From an uncultured Acidobacteriota bacterium (lineage in GTDB: Bacteria; Acidobacteriota; Terriglobia; UBA7540): 64,000 nucleotides of DNA. This document shows, in pieces, positions 1-10,971 of the stretch (within the stretch, counting starts at the first letter, position 1; the number at the start of each line of letters is the position of its first letter). The DNA is taken from NCBI GenBank assembly GCA_963804995.1, contig CAWDSK010000003.1, positions 1,344,001 to 1,408,000 of the forward strand. The letters are read 5' to 3'. The position numbers and the translations under genes are program-made. The notes under the pieces are model-generated. The model was not told the DNA's origin, ran no database searches, and worked only from the letters and a program-made list of their open reading frames with translations.

Positions 1-2
1 CC

Positions 3-1157
3 GTGTACCACCAGTTCCTCACCCACCGCCAGATTCTGAGGTCCAAAGCCCAAGTTGGCAAAATTGGGTCCCAGCGCCGAGGCCTGATAAGTGGGATTGG
101 AGGAAAGGTCGACCTCGTAGATGCGGTCCATTTCGATGGCGGAGGGAGTATCGGGTTCCGCATCCCGGACCCACATGTTGAACTGGGTGGGATTCCCACC
201 TGAATCAGTGGTGATGGAAACAATCGGTCCGATAAAGGCCGTACTGGGTAGTTGGGTGGACTGGCTAGGGTTGGGGGTTTCAACCGCCTGGACCTCCACC
301 GTCTTCGCTCCCAGGTTGCCCTGCGTGTCCACGAGGGTGTCCACTTCCACGTAACTGTCTGTCAGGAGGTGGCCAAGATCGGTGAAACCAACCAGGTTGG
401 TGTTGGAAGACACATAGACACTCAAGGCCGGAGCCCCAGACGTGGAGGGGGAGAGAAGCTGCATGAGGAACCCACCCGTGTAACTTGGATTGATGGTGGT
501 GCTCTGCGGGAGAAGCGGGGTGATACTTCTTACAAACCCCGAAAGGTCATCCAATTCGCCATAACCATTCGTGGGAGTAGACGAGAGTTGTGCGGTGCTG
601 ATAACCGGGGTCACTTTGCCGGTGAGCTGCCCGGAGGAGTCCACTTGCAACATACGGAGGGCGTCAAAATCCACGAGCATGACATTCGCCTGCCCCGCGG
701 TGACGACCAGGGGAGGGTTAATGGAGAAAGTCGGCTTGGGTACCGTAAGGGTGGTAGTGAGTAGCTTCACAGGCGGGGTCAAAGTTGGCGCGTAAGTCGC
801 CACCTGCGCGAGTTCGATCGAATAGGTCGCCTGGTCGTAGCTTCCGGCAGGAATATTGGAGACATAAAGGATGCTGGTAAAATCCCTAAGCTGTTCCAGG
901 TTAACCCGAATCGATGGCGCAAATGATGGGGTATTCACAATATATCCCACCTGATTAGTGCCCGAAACGGGCGTCAGACTTAACCCCGAGATCGTGAGAT
1001 TCGCGGAAATTGCATTGCAAATCGGAGCGTCCTGCACAAAAGCCAGTAAGCTGCCTGTGGCTGGTCTCGGGGTAACCGGCGTGGAGGTACCGCAACTCGT
1101 AAGTATTCCGGCAACTAGGGCAATTCCTAGTAACTTCGCCGACGTGAAATTGAACAT
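3..1157 (-). CDS. Secreted lipoprotein, DUF4382/DUF5666-like, truncated by the left window edge
   Basis: Hand-translated open frame absent from the ORF track because it has no stop in the window: MFNFTSAKLLGIALVAGILTSCGTSTP... with lipobox LTSC; then 'LLAFVQDAP', 'NIPAGSYDQAT' and 'VMLVDFD', typical of DUF4382-type domains; AAGGAG upstream. Confidence 0.7.
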   Translation of the reverse strand, partial: MFNFTSAKLLGIALVAGILTSCGTSTPVTPRPATGSLLAFVQDAPICNAISANLTISGLSLTPVSGTNQVGYIVNTPSFAPSIRVNLEQLRDFTSILYVSNIPAGSYDQATYSIELAQVATYAPTLTPPVKLLTTTLTVPKPTFSINPPLVVTAGQANVMLVDFDALRMLQVDSSGQLTGKVTPVISTAQLSSTPTNGYGELDDLSGFVRSITPLLPQSTTINPSYTGGFLMQLLSPSTSGAPALSVYVSSNTNLVGFTDLGHLLTDSYVEVDTLVDTQGNLGAKTVEVQAVETPNPSQSTQLPSTAFIGPIVSITTDSGGNPTQFNMWVRDAEPDTPSAIEMDRIYEVDLSSNPTYQASALGPNFANLGFGPQNLAVGEELVVH

Positions 1158-1414
1158 CCGTCTCAAGGGTCTCCTTTTGTTCACAGTTGGGATAGGCGAC
1201 CGTCCGCGGGGCCTTCCACTGCAGGCCATTAGGTCTGCCGCCGTGGCGGCACCCGCCAAAGACCCGTGCCTTTTCCTCAGATGACATCAACCCGCAGGGG
1301 GGTTATCCGCCCATTCGAGCTTCCAGTCTTCCGAGGCCAAGATTTCGATAAATACAGTGAATCGACCAAAGAAGGCAAGGATTATCCCACCGGGGAGATT
1401 TCCCCGCAAGTCCG

Positions 1415-2587
1415 CTACTCGGGCTTGCGGCGGCGAATGAAGGCTGGAACGTCGAGATCATCGCCTGAGATCTCCGTGGTCACATTGGCAGGCTTCTCCT
1501 CCACCGGCAGCTTCTCCTTCTTGGCGAGCATGCTCTTGACACTTTGTTGCGCGGTGCGTACCGCCGGAGACAACGCGGGGAGCGGCTTTATACCCATCCT
1601 CTCAGATTTGATGCCCGTGGCGATCACCGTCACCTTCACAGCGTCGCCCATGGACTCGTCGTGGACGGCGCCGAAAATAATGTTGGCATTCTCGGCGGCG
1701 GCCTTTTGCACAATGGTGGAAGCCTCGTGCACCTCGTAGAGCGTCAGCTTGCTCGAGCCGGTAATGTTGAGCAAAATGCCGTGCGCCCCGTTAATCGTCG
1801 CGTCTTCAAGCAGCGGACTGGCGATGGCACGGTTCGTAGCTTCCACGGCGCGGTTCTCTCCACTGGCCACCGCGGTGCCCATCACCGCATAACCCATGCC
1901 TTCCATGATAGTTTTGATGTCCGCAAAATCACGGTTGATGATACCCGTGATGGTGATGATATCCGATATCCCTTGCACACCCTGCCGCAGGATGTCGTCG
2001 GCAATACGAAAAGCCTCAAAGAAGCTAGTCCCCTTGTCCACGAATTGCATCAGGCGTTCATTGGGAATACAGATAAGCGTATCAACCGCCTGGCTCAATT
2101 CTGCCAAGCCCTGGTCGGCTTGCATCATGCGGCGCTTGCCTTCGAAGGCAAAGGGTTTGGTGACCACAGCCACGGTCAGCGACCCCAACTCACGGGCCAG
2201 ACTGGCCACTATAGGAGCGCCCCCCGTTCCCGTTCCACCCCCCAGGCCGGTAGTGACGAAGACCATGTCTGCGCCTTCGAGCGCTTCGATGATTTTCTCC
2301 GTGTCCTCGAGCGCCGCCCGCCGCCCGATCTCCGGGTTGCCACCCGAACCCAATCCCTTGGTCAGCTTCGTTCCGAGTTGAATCTTTATTGACGCTTTGG
2401 AAGCCTGCAGGGCCTGGGCATCGGTGTTGGCCACCAGAAAATCCACGCCCTTCACATCCGCCGAAATCATCCGGTTGACGGCATTGCCCCCACCCCCGCC
2501 GACCCCGATGACCTTGATTTTGGCGCCGTCGCGCAGCTCGTCCGAGAAATCCACCCGGAGGTCACCCAAACCGGCATCGTTCCCCAT
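1415..2587 (-). CDS. ftsZ: Cell division GTPase FtsZ
   Basis: [17 protein letters not shown], tubulin signature GGGTGTG, C-terminal [11 protein letters not shown]; start moved to ATG 2587 behind an AAAGGAG RBS. Confidence 0.98.
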   Translation of the reverse strand: MGNDAGLGDLRVDFSDELRDGAKIKVIGVGGGGGNAVNRMISADVKGVDFLVANTDAQALQASKASIKIQLGTKLTKGLGSGGNPEIGRRAALEDTEKIIEALEGADMVFVTTGLGGGTGTGGAPIVASLARELGSLTVAVVTKPFAFEGKRRMMQADQGLAELSQAVDTLICIPNERLMQFVDKGTSFFEAFRIADDILRQGVQGISDIITITGIINRDFADIKTIMEGMGYAVMGTAVASGENRAVEATNRAIASPLLEDATINGAHGILLNITGSSKLTLYEVHEASTIVQKAAAENANIIFGAVHDESMGDAVKVTVIATGIKSERMGIKPLPALSPAVRTAQQSVKSMLAKKEKLPVEEKPANVTTEISGDDLDVPAFIRRRKPE

Positions 2588-2609
2588 GATGGCTCCTTTG
2601 CCGCATTCT

Positions 2610-3839
2610 CTAAGCACTTCTGCCTCGCACACTTTTCCAGAGCTTCCCAAACAATCCCGTGTTCTCGCGGGAGTCACGCCGCAGTCGCAGGCGATTCCCA
2701 TGGATCACCAATCCCACGGCCGCCGCGAAGGCCGGATCGGGCAGCGTTTCACCCATATTCTCCAAATCAAAGGGAACGCCCAAACGCACTGCCATGCCCA
2801 GACCTTGTTCGGCAAGTGCTGTCAACCCGCCCAGCTTCGCGCCGCCTCCGGTCAGCACGACACCCGCACCCAATTGCTTCTCCCAACCTGAGCGGCCAAG
2901 TTCTGCCTGGATTAATTCGATAAGTTCGACGGCGCGCGGCTCGATCACCTCGCTCAGCATCGCGTAATTCACGGTGCGCGAGGGCCGCTCACCGACCCCG
3001 GGCACTTCCAACACCGTGTCGATGGGCTTCGAAGGGTCGCGTTCACCCCAAGCTTTTTTCATCTTCTCCGCCTCCGGAATGGGAGTGCGGAGTCCTACCG
3101 CGATATCGTTGGTAAAGTGCTCCCCGCCCACAGGGATCACCGCGGTGTGTTGGACCACGCCGGCATGATAGACAACCAGATCTGTCGACCCTCCCCCGAT
3201 ATCTACCAGCGCCACACCCAGCTCGCGCTCGTCAGCCGTGAGACAAGCTTCCCCGGAAGCCAGCGGCTCAAAAACTGTGTCCTGCACCATCACGCCCGCC
3301 CGGTTCACCGCCGTCACTACATTCTGGGAGGCTGAGGCCGACGCCGTCACCAGGTGAACGTCCACCTCCAGCCGGGCGCCTACCATGCCGACGGGGTCAC
3401 GAATGCCATCTTGGGAATCAAGCAGAAACTTCTGCGGCAGGACATGCAGAAGTTGGCGATCTTCCGGCAGGGTAATATTCTGTGCAGTCTGGATGACGCG
3501 CCGCACATCCTCCCGTTCCACCTCCCGCGTGGAGGCGGAGGTTTTCCCGAGTGTGATCGAACCCCTCGAATTCACACCCTTGATATGCGGGCCTGCCACG
3601 CCCACGTAAGCGGATTCGATAGACACTCCCGCGGCAGTTTCGGCTGCCTCCACCGCCTTCTTCACCGCCAGGACGGTCAGGTCGAGATTTACGATCACGC
3701 CCTTACGCCAGCCCTTCGACTCCGCCGCTCCCAGGCCCAGGACTTCGAGTTTGCCTTCCTCGTTTGGCTTGCACACGAGGGCGGAGATCTTCACACTGCC
3801 AAGATCGAGCCCGACGATATTGTGATCTTTTCGCGCCAA
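2610..3839 (-). CDS. ftsA: Cell division protein FtsA
   Basis: [20 protein letters not shown] and GVVLTGGGA actin-fold motifs; lies between ftsQ and ftsZ. Confidence 0.97.
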   Translation of the reverse strand: MARKDHNIVGLDLGSVKISALVCKPNEEGKLEVLGLGAAESKGWRKGVIVNLDLTVLAVKKAVEAAETAAGVSIESAYVGVAGPHIKGVNSRGSITLGKTSASTREVEREDVRRVIQTAQNITLPEDRQLLHVLPQKFLLDSQDGIRDPVGMVGARLEVDVHLVTASASASQNVVTAVNRAGVMVQDTVFEPLASGEACLTADERELGVALVDIGGGSTDLVVYHAGVVQHTAVIPVGGEHFTNDIAVGLRTPIPEAEKMKKAWGERDPSKPIDTVLEVPGVGERPSRTVNYAMLSEVIEPRAVELIELIQAELGRSGWEKQLGAGVVLTGGGAKLGGLTALAEQGLGMAVRLGVPFDLENMGETLPDPAFAAAVGLVIHGNRLRLRRDSRENTGLFGKLWKSVRGRSA

Positions 3840-3904
3840 GCCTGCTTCAGTCCTTTCGCTCGTTCCTTGCGGGTGAAGCCTATCTGGCCCCCCGCCTCGA
3901 TTGA

Positions 3905-4771
3905 CTACGGGTTTACGACCACCTGATTGCGATAGCGCAAATCAACGGTATCAAGTTTGGAGTCCGACTTTTGCAACTCCGGGAGCAGCGCCTGGAAATT
4001 TCGGAACCGGCGGAGGAAGTCCTTGCGGCCGAAGTGCACCTGCACGGTCTGCTGTCCTCTGATCAACAGCGCTTTCAAGTCCTCGGAATCGGTCAAATCG
4101 ACCTCCGAAATCATCCAGCCCGCGCGGGGAACCTCCGTCCCCAATTGCTGCATGAACTCCTGGAAGAGGGCCAAACGCGCGCGGCGTTCATCCACGCTGG
4201 CAACGGTTTCAAGGCCGCTGATCACGGGGAAGTCGAACACGCCGTTCTCCGGCTTCTCGAGGAGCATACCGTCCCCGTCCACCAGGCTCACGCGCCCGCC
4301 CACACTGGCAAAAGCCACCGGGGTTCGCTCCGCGATACTCACGAGCAGCCCATGAGGCAGGATGCGTGTCACCGCCGCCGTTCGCACCCACGGCAGCGTT
4401 TCCACCTGACGCCGCTTGGTATCGAGGGAAACGCGGAAGACGTTGGAGCCACGGCCCTTCCCCGTTAAAGGCAAACTAAGCGCCCCCAGAACCTCCTCAC
4501 GCGAGACGAACCGATTCCCCTCCACTATAATATCTTCCGGAGCGCTCAGCACGAATTGGGGCGAGGTGAGCGCGAAATTGGCCAGCAAGCCCCCAGCGAC
4601 TCCAACGGGCAGCAGGACGCCGACGGCAAAAAGAATCCAGCGCACACGCCCCGCGAATCGGTTGCGTCGCACCGGAACCGCTTTGGGCCGTCGAAGATAA
4701 GGGGATTCCTCTTCGGCATCCAACTCATCCGGTAACGGTACCTCGTCGTGTTCCAGTAATTCCATAACCAT
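3905..4771 (-). CDS. ftsQ: Cell division protein FtsQ/DivIB
   Basis: Single TM segment, POTRA-like region (VEGNRFVS...LPWVRTAAVTRILP), C-terminal VDLRYRNQVVV; dcw position. Confidence 0.92.
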   Translation of the reverse strand: MVMELLEHDEVPLPDELDAEEESPYLRRPKAVPVRRNRFAGRVRWILFAVGVLLPVGVAGGLLANFALTSPQFVLSAPEDIIVEGNRFVSREEVLGALSLPLTGKGRGSNVFRVSLDTKRRQVETLPWVRTAAVTRILPHGLLVSIAERTPVAFASVGGRVSLVDGDGMLLEKPENGVFDFPVISGLETVASVDERRARLALFQEFMQQLGTEVPRAGWMISEVDLTDSEDLKALLIRGQQTVQVHFGRKDFLRRFRNFQALLPELQKSDSKLDTVDLRYRNQVVVNP

Positions 4772-4848
4772 TTATCCCGAGGCGCCAGTAGTCAAAACAT
4801 GGGGCGATTTCATTCAGCTTCAACCTTCCAACCCCTGACTGCTGACTA

Positions 4849-6255
4849 CTAACTTCTAGCTCCTAATTCCTGATTGCTCTCCCTCAACGCTTTTGCCAGC
4901 GCCTCGCTGATCTTCCAGACACTTCCCGCGCCAATTGTCATGATCAAGTCACCCGGGCACGCCTCATCCAGGATTTCGGTAATCACCTGTTGGTCTGACA
5001 ACGCATAACGCGCACTACTGACACCCAATTCATGCATGCGCTCCACCAGGGCCGCAGAAGTGACCCCGGGAATCGGCGTCTCGTTGGCAGCATAGATGTC
5101 CAGGACGTAGACGCGGTCGCAGCCCGCGAAAGAGGCCGCCAGTTCATCCAGCAAGAACTTGGTCCTCGTATAGCGATGGGGCTGAAAGATGGCGATGATG
5201 CGTTTCGTCCTTTGCAGGCGCGCGGCGTCAAGGGTGGCGCGAATTTCCGTGGGATGATGGCCATAGTCATCCACGAGGGTAATGCCGTCAACCTCCGCCT
5301 TGATTTGAAAGCGCCGGTCGGCGCCTCGAAAGCGCTCCAGGCCCTGGCGAATCTGCTCGGCAGTCAGTTCCAGCTCCAAGCCCACCGCGACCGCCGCCAG
5401 AGCGTTTTGCACATTGTGCCGGCCAGGAACCCCAATCGAAAAACGCCCGAGGCTCTTCCCTTTCACAGAGGCGTCAAACATCGAGCCAGACGGGGTGAGT
5501 TCATGAATGCTGCCCTGAACGTCCGCGCCAGGCTCCAGCCCGTAAGTAACCACCCGGCGCCGGAGCTTTGGCATCAGGGTCTTGATCAAATCACGCCAAG
5601 GCGGATCGAAACAAACGACCACGGCGCCGTAAAAGGGAACCTTTTGCATAAAAGAAACAAAGGCGGCGGCAATCTCATCGAGGTCGCGGTAATGGTCCAG
5701 ATGTTCGCGGTCAATGTTGGTGACCACGGCAATCGAAGGCAGCAGGTAGAGGAAGGAGCGGTCGCTCTCATCCGCTTCAACCACCATCAATTCACTTTTC
5801 CCCAGCCGCGCACTGGATCCAAACACATCCAGCCGACCCCCGACGACCACGGTGGGATCAAGATTCGCTTCCGCCAGCATCACCGCGATCATGGAAGTGG
5901 TGCTGGTTTTGCCATGCGCACCCGCCACGGCCACGTTGAACTTCAGGCGCATTAATTCCGCCAGCATCTCGGCGCGGGGGATGACCGGAATCTGGCGCCG
6001 CTGGGCCTCCTGAATTTCAGGATTGGCCACCGGCACGGCGGAGGACACGACCACCACTTGGGCCTGGCTGACGTTTGCGGCCGCATGGCCTTCAAACACC
6101 CGCGCCCCCAGGCTCGCCAGGCGATCAGTAACGGGGGTGGCTTTCAGGTCCGACCCGGAAACTTGAAATCCCAAATTGAGCAGCACCTCGGCGATGCCGC
6201 TCATCCCGATGCCACCTATCCCGACAAAATGAATCCTTCGAATTTTACCCAGCAT
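4849..6255 (-). CDS. murC: UDP-N-acetylmuramate--L-alanine ligase
   Basis: [41 protein letters not shown]. Confidence 0.98.
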   Translation of the reverse strand: MLGKIRRIHFVGIGGIGMSGIAEVLLNLGFQVSGSDLKATPVTDRLASLGARVFEGHAAANVSQAQVVVVSSAVPVANPEIQEAQRRQIPVIPRAEMLAELMRLKFNVAVAGAHGKTSTTSMIAVMLAEANLDPTVVVGGRLDVFGSSARLGKSELMVVEADESDRSFLYLLPSIAVVTNIDREHLDHYRDLDEIAAAFVSFMQKVPFYGAVVVCFDPPWRDLIKTLMPKLRRRVVTYGLEPGADVQGSIHELTPSGSMFDASVKGKSLGRFSIGVPGRHNVQNALAAVAVGLELELTAEQIRQGLERFRGADRRFQIKAEVDGITLVDDYGHHPTEIRATLDAARLQRTKRIIAIFQPHRYTRTKFLLDELAASFAGCDRVYVLDIYAANETPIPGVTSAALVERMHELGVSSARYALSDQQVITEILDEACPGDLIMTIGAGSVWKISEALAKALRESNQELGARS

Positions 6256-6280
6256 ACTTCCGCTATTCCTTACTTGCCTC

Positions 6281-7488
6281 CTACGCCTGGCGGGCGAAGG
6301 ATTCGATCAAGTCTGCAATACGAGCCACCGCGTCTGGACGTGCCAGGCGGCGCACACAGGTTTCCATCTGATGGAGCGTATCCGGGGCCGCGAGCAGCCC
6401 GCGTATTTCCCCCACCAGGCGTTCAGGAGTGAGCTCCGATTGCACGATAATGTGCGCCCCTCCGGCACGCTCCAGAACCCGGGCGTTATCCAGTTGGTGC
6501 TGGTCAGTCGCGGCCGGAAAAGGAATCAGCAAAGCGGCCTTCCCGGCGGCGGCAAGTTCGGACACGGCCGTCGCTCCCGCGCGCGAAATAACTAAATCGG
6601 CTTGTGCGAGCGCCCCGGGCATGTCCTCAATGAAGGCGTAAACCTGGGCGGCGAAGCCTTGTTCCTGATAGGTCCTGCGAACTTCATTATAGTCGGGTTC
6701 GCCGGTTTGGTGGATGATTCTAATCCGCCCTGCGTCCCCCGCCAGGAGCGGCAGGCTTGCCATCACGGTTTGATTGATCGCCCTCGAACCCTGACTTCCA
6801 CCCACCACCAGGACAACAAAAGGCGGCGTGTGCGGCTTGGGTGGGATTGCAAAGAAGGTTGGACGGACGGCATGCCCTGTCAGAAGCGCCTTACTTCCAT
6901 AAAAGCGCGCCGTCTCTTCAAATCCCACCACCGCCTTGCGGACCACGGGCGCCAGGAGGCGGTTCGTAAAACCCGGCCGGGCATTCGGCTCAATCAAGAC
7001 GGTGGGAATACCACAGAGCGCTGCCTCCAACATCACCGGTCCTGAGAGGTACCCCCCACGCCTACCACCACGCGTGGTCGAAAATTCCGCAGGATGGCCG
7101 CCACTTCAATCGCTGTGCGCGGCAAGACCAGCAAATTGCGCAGCCAACGTACCCCACCAATTCCTTTCAGCCCGGCGGCATCAACCACACTGAGCCGGAA
7201 ACCCGCCGCGGGAATAAGCTTCGATTCAAGCTGGCGGCGTGTTCCCAGAAATTCGATCTCGTAACACGTCGAATTCAGTTCTCGCTGCTCGCTGCGCGCC
7301 CGCAGTTCCTCCGCCACGGCCAGAGCCGGGAAAATGTGGCCACCCGTCCCCCCCGCCACCATCAAAATGCGCGAGGTCGCGTGGTCTGGGCCAGCCGATA
7401 CAGTGTTGCCGCCGCGAGCGACAACACCAGCCTCCTCAGGTTCAGTCCGGTCCTCCTCTTCGATTCGATCGTGCACGGTGTCCAGCAC
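6281..7488 (-). CDS. murG: MurG glycosyltransferase, split by an apparent 1-nt deletion in a G run near 7052-7057
   Basis: N-half has [14 protein letters not shown]-half has GGSQGS and [11 protein letters not shown]. One extra G restores [15 protein letters not shown]. Essential gene, so most likely a sequencing error. Start uncertain. Confidence 0.9.
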
Positions 7489-7584
7489 TTTCTCTCACGT
7501 CCTAATCAGGAATCATTGTCCCCTCGGCCCCTGAGGGGGTGTGGGGGAATAGGGAAATGCTTTTCACAACGCAAGTTTCCTAGA

Positions 7585-7702
7585 AGGCTGTTGAAAAACC
7601 CTCACGGTGCGAGGTAGCGGCGGGTTTACCCCGCCATATCGCCAACGATTTCAACAGCGGATGGCGGGGTAAACCCGCCGCTACGTCGTTTTTCATCAGC
7701 CT
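7585..7702. repeat. MITE-like element with a nested GTAG REP palindrome
   Basis: Outer IR AGGCTGTTGAAAAAC (7585-7599) / GTTTTTCATCAGCCT (7688-7702), 14/15. Inner perfect 24-bp IR GTAGCGGCGGGTTTACCCCGCCAT at 7614-7637 / 7661-7684. Confidence 0.75.
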
Positions 7703-7711
7703 CCCAGAAGA

Positions 7712-8803
7712 CTAGCTCGCGTGTTGAGAGATATTGAGCAAAATCCCCACGGCCAGCATGTTAACCAGTAAAGATGATCCACCATAGCTGACAAACGGCA
7801 GGGGAATACCCTTCGTGGGGAGCAATCCCAGAACCACACTCATGTTGACCAGGGCCTGGCCGACAACCATCACCGTCAATCCAAGGGCCAGCAACCGCCC
7901 GAAGTCGTCCGAGCAGCCAGCGCTGGCCCGCAGTCCCCGCAGCAGAATCAGAACGAAGACCGTCACGATTGCCAAGGTGCCCAGCAATCCCAATTCCTCT
8001 CCCACTACCGCGAAGATGAAATCCGTTTGGGGTTCCGGCAAGAAGAAGAGTTTCTGCTTGCCCTCCATCAGGCCCAAGCCCGTGATCCCTCCGGTTCCCA
8101 CCGCGATGTAAGACTGGAGAATCTGGAAACCTTTTCCCAGCGGGTCAGCATAGGGGTTCAAGAACGCCAGCACGCGGTTGTGACGGTAAGTGGAATGGAG
8201 AATCAGCCAGTAAACCACGGGCAACGCAGAGAGCCCCGTCAAGGCAAAGTAGCGGAGCTGCAAGCCAGCCGCAAACAGGATCGCTGTCACCACCAAACCG
8301 AGCGCGAGAGTCGTCCCGAAATCCGGCTCCACCAGCACTAACATTCCCATGACTCCCGCTACCAACAGGATCGGCGCCAGAGTGTGTTTCCAGTCGTTCA
8401 CCTGGCCCTTGCGGAGGTCCAGGAAAAAAGCGAGAAAGAGAGCCAAAACAATTTTAGCGAACTCCGAAGGTTGAAGGCTGGCTGGGCCCAGGTGAAGCCA
8501 GCGATGCGTGTTATGGCTGCGGTCGGCAAATAGCACCACGACGAGAAGGATGAACTGCAGGGCCAGGGCCGGAAATACTACCAGCGGACTTGCCAGCCGC
8601 CGGTAGTCAACATTCATCATGACAACCACGGCCACGAGTCCCGCTACCACCCAAGCGAGTTGTCTCCACAGAAAGTAATTGCTGTTATGGTAATTATCCG
8701 CTGCCAATACCGCCGAGGCGCTGAATACCATGAGCGCGCCAAATAGGACCAAGCCCACTACGGCGCCAAACAAAATCTTGTCGGATTGGAGCTGTCGCGC
8801 CAT
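7712..8803 (-). CDS. ftsW: SEDS peptidoglycan polymerase FtsW
   Basis: Multi-TM protein with LQPSEFAK, EPDFGT, LPEPQTDFIFAVVGEELG and LPFVSYGGSS. Confidence 0.97.
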   Translation of the reverse strand: MARQLQSDKILFGAVVGLVLFGALMVFSASAVLAADNYHNSNYFLWRQLAWVVAGLVAVVVMMNVDYRRLASPLVVFPALALQFILLVVVLFADRSHNTHRWLHLGPASLQPSEFAKIVLALFLAFFLDLRKGQVNDWKHTLAPILLVAGVMGMLVLVEPDFGTTLALGLVVTAILFAAGLQLRYFALTGLSALPVVYWLILHSTYRHNRVLAFLNPYADPLGKGFQILQSYIAVGTGGITGLGLMEGKQKLFFLPEPQTDFIFAVVGEELGLLGTLAIVTVFVLILLRGLRASAGCSDDFGRLLALGLTVMVVGQALVNMSVVLGLLPTKGIPLPFVSYGGSSLLVNMLAVGILLNISQHAS

Positions 8804-8810
8804 GCGTTAG

Positions 8811-10814
8811 CTAATCCAGTCCCGGCAGTTTCGGCTGCGGTTGTGATCCGGGGTGCGGCGCGCCCGGGCGGTCTTCACCCTTGACGCGGCCACTCCCTTT
8901 CGCTGGACCTCTTTTGGAGGCGGGAGTCGTCACCGCCATTGCGGCCGCCGGGCGGGCCTCAAAAGGCAATAGTTCGTCCGCGATGGCCTCATGTTCGCCC
9001 GCAGGTTGGGACACTGCAGCTTCGCCATCCAGCACGACCTGCGACTCCATTTCGGGCACTTCCACCGCATCAACTTCGTAGACATACGTCAGCTCAAGGT
9101 GGGACGTGGTCGTGGGCCCTGGTTGCGCAGGGACGCCTTCTTCGGGTTGAGAATGGGTGTGTTTCGCCCCGGAGGGCTCGAGGACTTCCCCCTGCCTCTC
9201 CGGCTCGCTTTCGGCTGCCGGGTTCGGAATGGTTTGCACCGCAGCAGCCTTCTCTTCAGGACTTGAAGCCGGCGGCACATTCACTGCAAAGTTCGGAGCA
9301 GGCGCCGAGGGTTCCATATGTTCCTCAGCGGACTTCACCGGTTCCCCCGCAGCCTCGGCGACTACGGATCCGACAAGTGGGACATGAGCCTCAGGGGGGC
9401 GTGGCGGTCCCCCTATAGCTGGTGCGGGAAGTTTCTTCCGCGTGATTGCGCCCGCAGACACTTCCGTGGCGAGCTGCATTACCAGCTCCTTGAAAACCCG
9501 TCCGCGCTGTTCGTAGTCCTTGAACTGATCGAAACTCGAACAAGCTGGGGCCAGCAATACCGTATCGCCGGGCCGCGACCGGACAAAGGCCTCGCGTATG
9601 GCCGTCTCCAAGTCGCCGGCATGCACGAGTTCCACAGAACCCGCAAGCTGCCCGGCGATCACCGGCGCAGCAGCGCCGATCAGCAGCACTTCACGCACGC
9701 GGTCCTTGAGCAGGGGGAGGAGCGGCGTATAAGGCGCGCCCTTATCTTTCCCACCCATAATCAGGTGCACTCCCCGCTCGAAAGCTTCCAGCGACTTCGC
9801 CGTGGCATCGACACTCGTCGCCTTGGAGTTGTTGTAGAAATCCACGCCCTCGATTTCGCGCACGAATTCCAGGCGATGCTCGACAGCCTGGAATTCCCGC
9901 ACAGCCTTGCGAATGGCGCCAAAATCCGCGCCGAGCGCGCAGGCAGCGGCGGTGGCTGCCAAGACGTCTTCCAGATTGAAATCTCCCCGCAGTGCCACGT
10001 CACGTGTTTCGAACAGCACGCGCTCCAGGTGACGCACGCGATAGCAAATCCTGCCCGCAGAAACAAACACGCCGTCCGCCAGTTCGCGCTGGCGGCTGAA
10101 CAGCATCGGCCGCCCGGAAACCGCAGTTTGGAGCGCGGCCACCCAAGGGTCATCGGCGTTCAGGATGGCAACGTCCTGCGCGCCCTGATTGCGAAAAATC
10201 TGACGCTTGGCCTGGGCATAGGCTTCGAAACTTGGATGCCGGTCAAGATGGTTTGGAGAAAGGTTGAGCATTACCGCCACGTGCGGGCGCAGATGTTGAA
10301 TGCCTTCCAGTTGAAAGCTGCTCAACTCCGTGACGAACATGGTTCCGGGACGGGCGTGGTCGGCCGCGGTGCTCAGAGCGTTGCCGATGTTTCCTCCCAC
10401 GAAGGTCGGGAAGCCGGAAGCTCGCAGCATGTCACCGAGAAGCGCGGTGGTGGTGGTCTTGCCGTTCGAACCCGTGATGCCTACGAGCGTTCCTTCCAGG
10501 AACCAGGTCGCTGCTTCCACCTCGGGATAGATTGGAATCTTCTGCTCGCGAGCCGCCTGAAGTTGCGGGAGATCCCAGGGCACACCCGGGCTAATGACAA
10601 TGGCATCGTGGCCCAGGAAGGTTTTCGGGCGCTGCGCTCCGAGCTCCAGCCCAATCTTCTCTTTGACCAGCAGCGGCAGGAGGTCCCGAAACTCCGCCGG
10701 AGGCTTGAGGTCGCTCACCGTCACGGTCGCCCCGTGGCGCGCCAGGGCGATGGCCGCTGCAAAGCCGCTGCGCGCCAACCCCACCACCAACACGCGTTTG
10801 CCACGAACGTCCAT
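8811..10814 (-). CDS. murD: UDP-MurNAc-L-Ala--D-glutamate ligase with a ~220-aa disordered C-terminal extension
   Basis: VVGLARSG, ITGSNGKTTTT, ELSSFQL, NSKATS, GGKDKG, LAPACSSFDQF; continues in frame to 7 nt before ftsW. Confidence 0.95.
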   Translation of the reverse strand: MDVRGKRVLVVGLARSGFAAAIALARHGATVTVSDLKPPAEFRDLLPLLVKEKIGLELGAQRPKTFLGHDAIVISPGVPWDLPQLQAAREQKIPIYPEVEAATWFLEGTLVGITGSNGKTTTTALLGDMLRASGFPTFVGGNIGNALSTAADHARPGTMFVTELSSFQLEGIQHLRPHVAVMLNLSPNHLDRHPSFEAYAQAKRQIFRNQGAQDVAILNADDPWVAALQTAVSGRPMLFSRQRELADGVFVSAGRICYRVRHLERVLFETRDVALRGDFNLEDVLAATAAACALGADFGAIRKAVREFQAVEHRLEFVREIEGVDFYNNSKATSVDATAKSLEAFERGVHLIMGGKDKGAPYTPLLPLLKDRVREVLLIGAAAPVIAGQLAGSVELVHAGDLETAIREAFVRSRPGDTVLLAPACSSFDQFKDYEQRGRVFKELVMQLATEVSAGAITRKKLPAPAIGGPPRPPEAHVPLVGSVVAEAAGEPVKSAEEHMEPSAPAPNFAVNVPPASSPEEKAAAVQTIPNPAAESEPERQGEVLEPSGAKHTHSQPEEGVPAQPGPTTTSHLELTYVYEVDAVEVPEMESQVVLDGEAAVSQPAGEHEAIADELLPFEARPAAAMAVTTPASKRGPAKGSGRVKGEDRPGAPHPGSQPQPKLPGLD

Positions 10815-10816
10815 TT

Positions 10817-10962
10817 TCAGCTTTCAGCTCCCAGCTTTCAGCTATCAGTAGTGCCGGGCGTTAGCCCGGCAGACCTCAAGCAGATACCGCTTTCAACAAT
10901 CAGCCCCAAGCGACGGGCACTTTAGCTGTAAGCTGATAGCTGATAGCTGATAGCTGACAGCT
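10817..10962. repeat. Inverted pair of heptamer tandem repeats (TCAGCTN / AGCTGAT)
   Basis: tcagctt-tcagctc-ccagctt-tcagcta (10817-10850) faces agctgta-(agctgat)x3-agctgac (10924-10962) between mraY and murD. Confidence 0.8.
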
Positions 10963-10971
10963 ACTATAACC

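Noticed and set aside
6281..7488. murG, gpsA and others as true pseudogenes or programmed frameshifts
   Set aside because: Each is a single-base indel in an otherwise intact, often essential gene, at a homopolymer or GTCGA; sequencing error is more parsimonious.
9318..10925. 535-aa plus-strand ORF, and similar long ORFs at 30518-31744, 38089-39243, 40406-41563 and 60184-61185
   Set aside because: Antisense shadows of well-supported genes in GC-rich DNA; no recognisable motifs.
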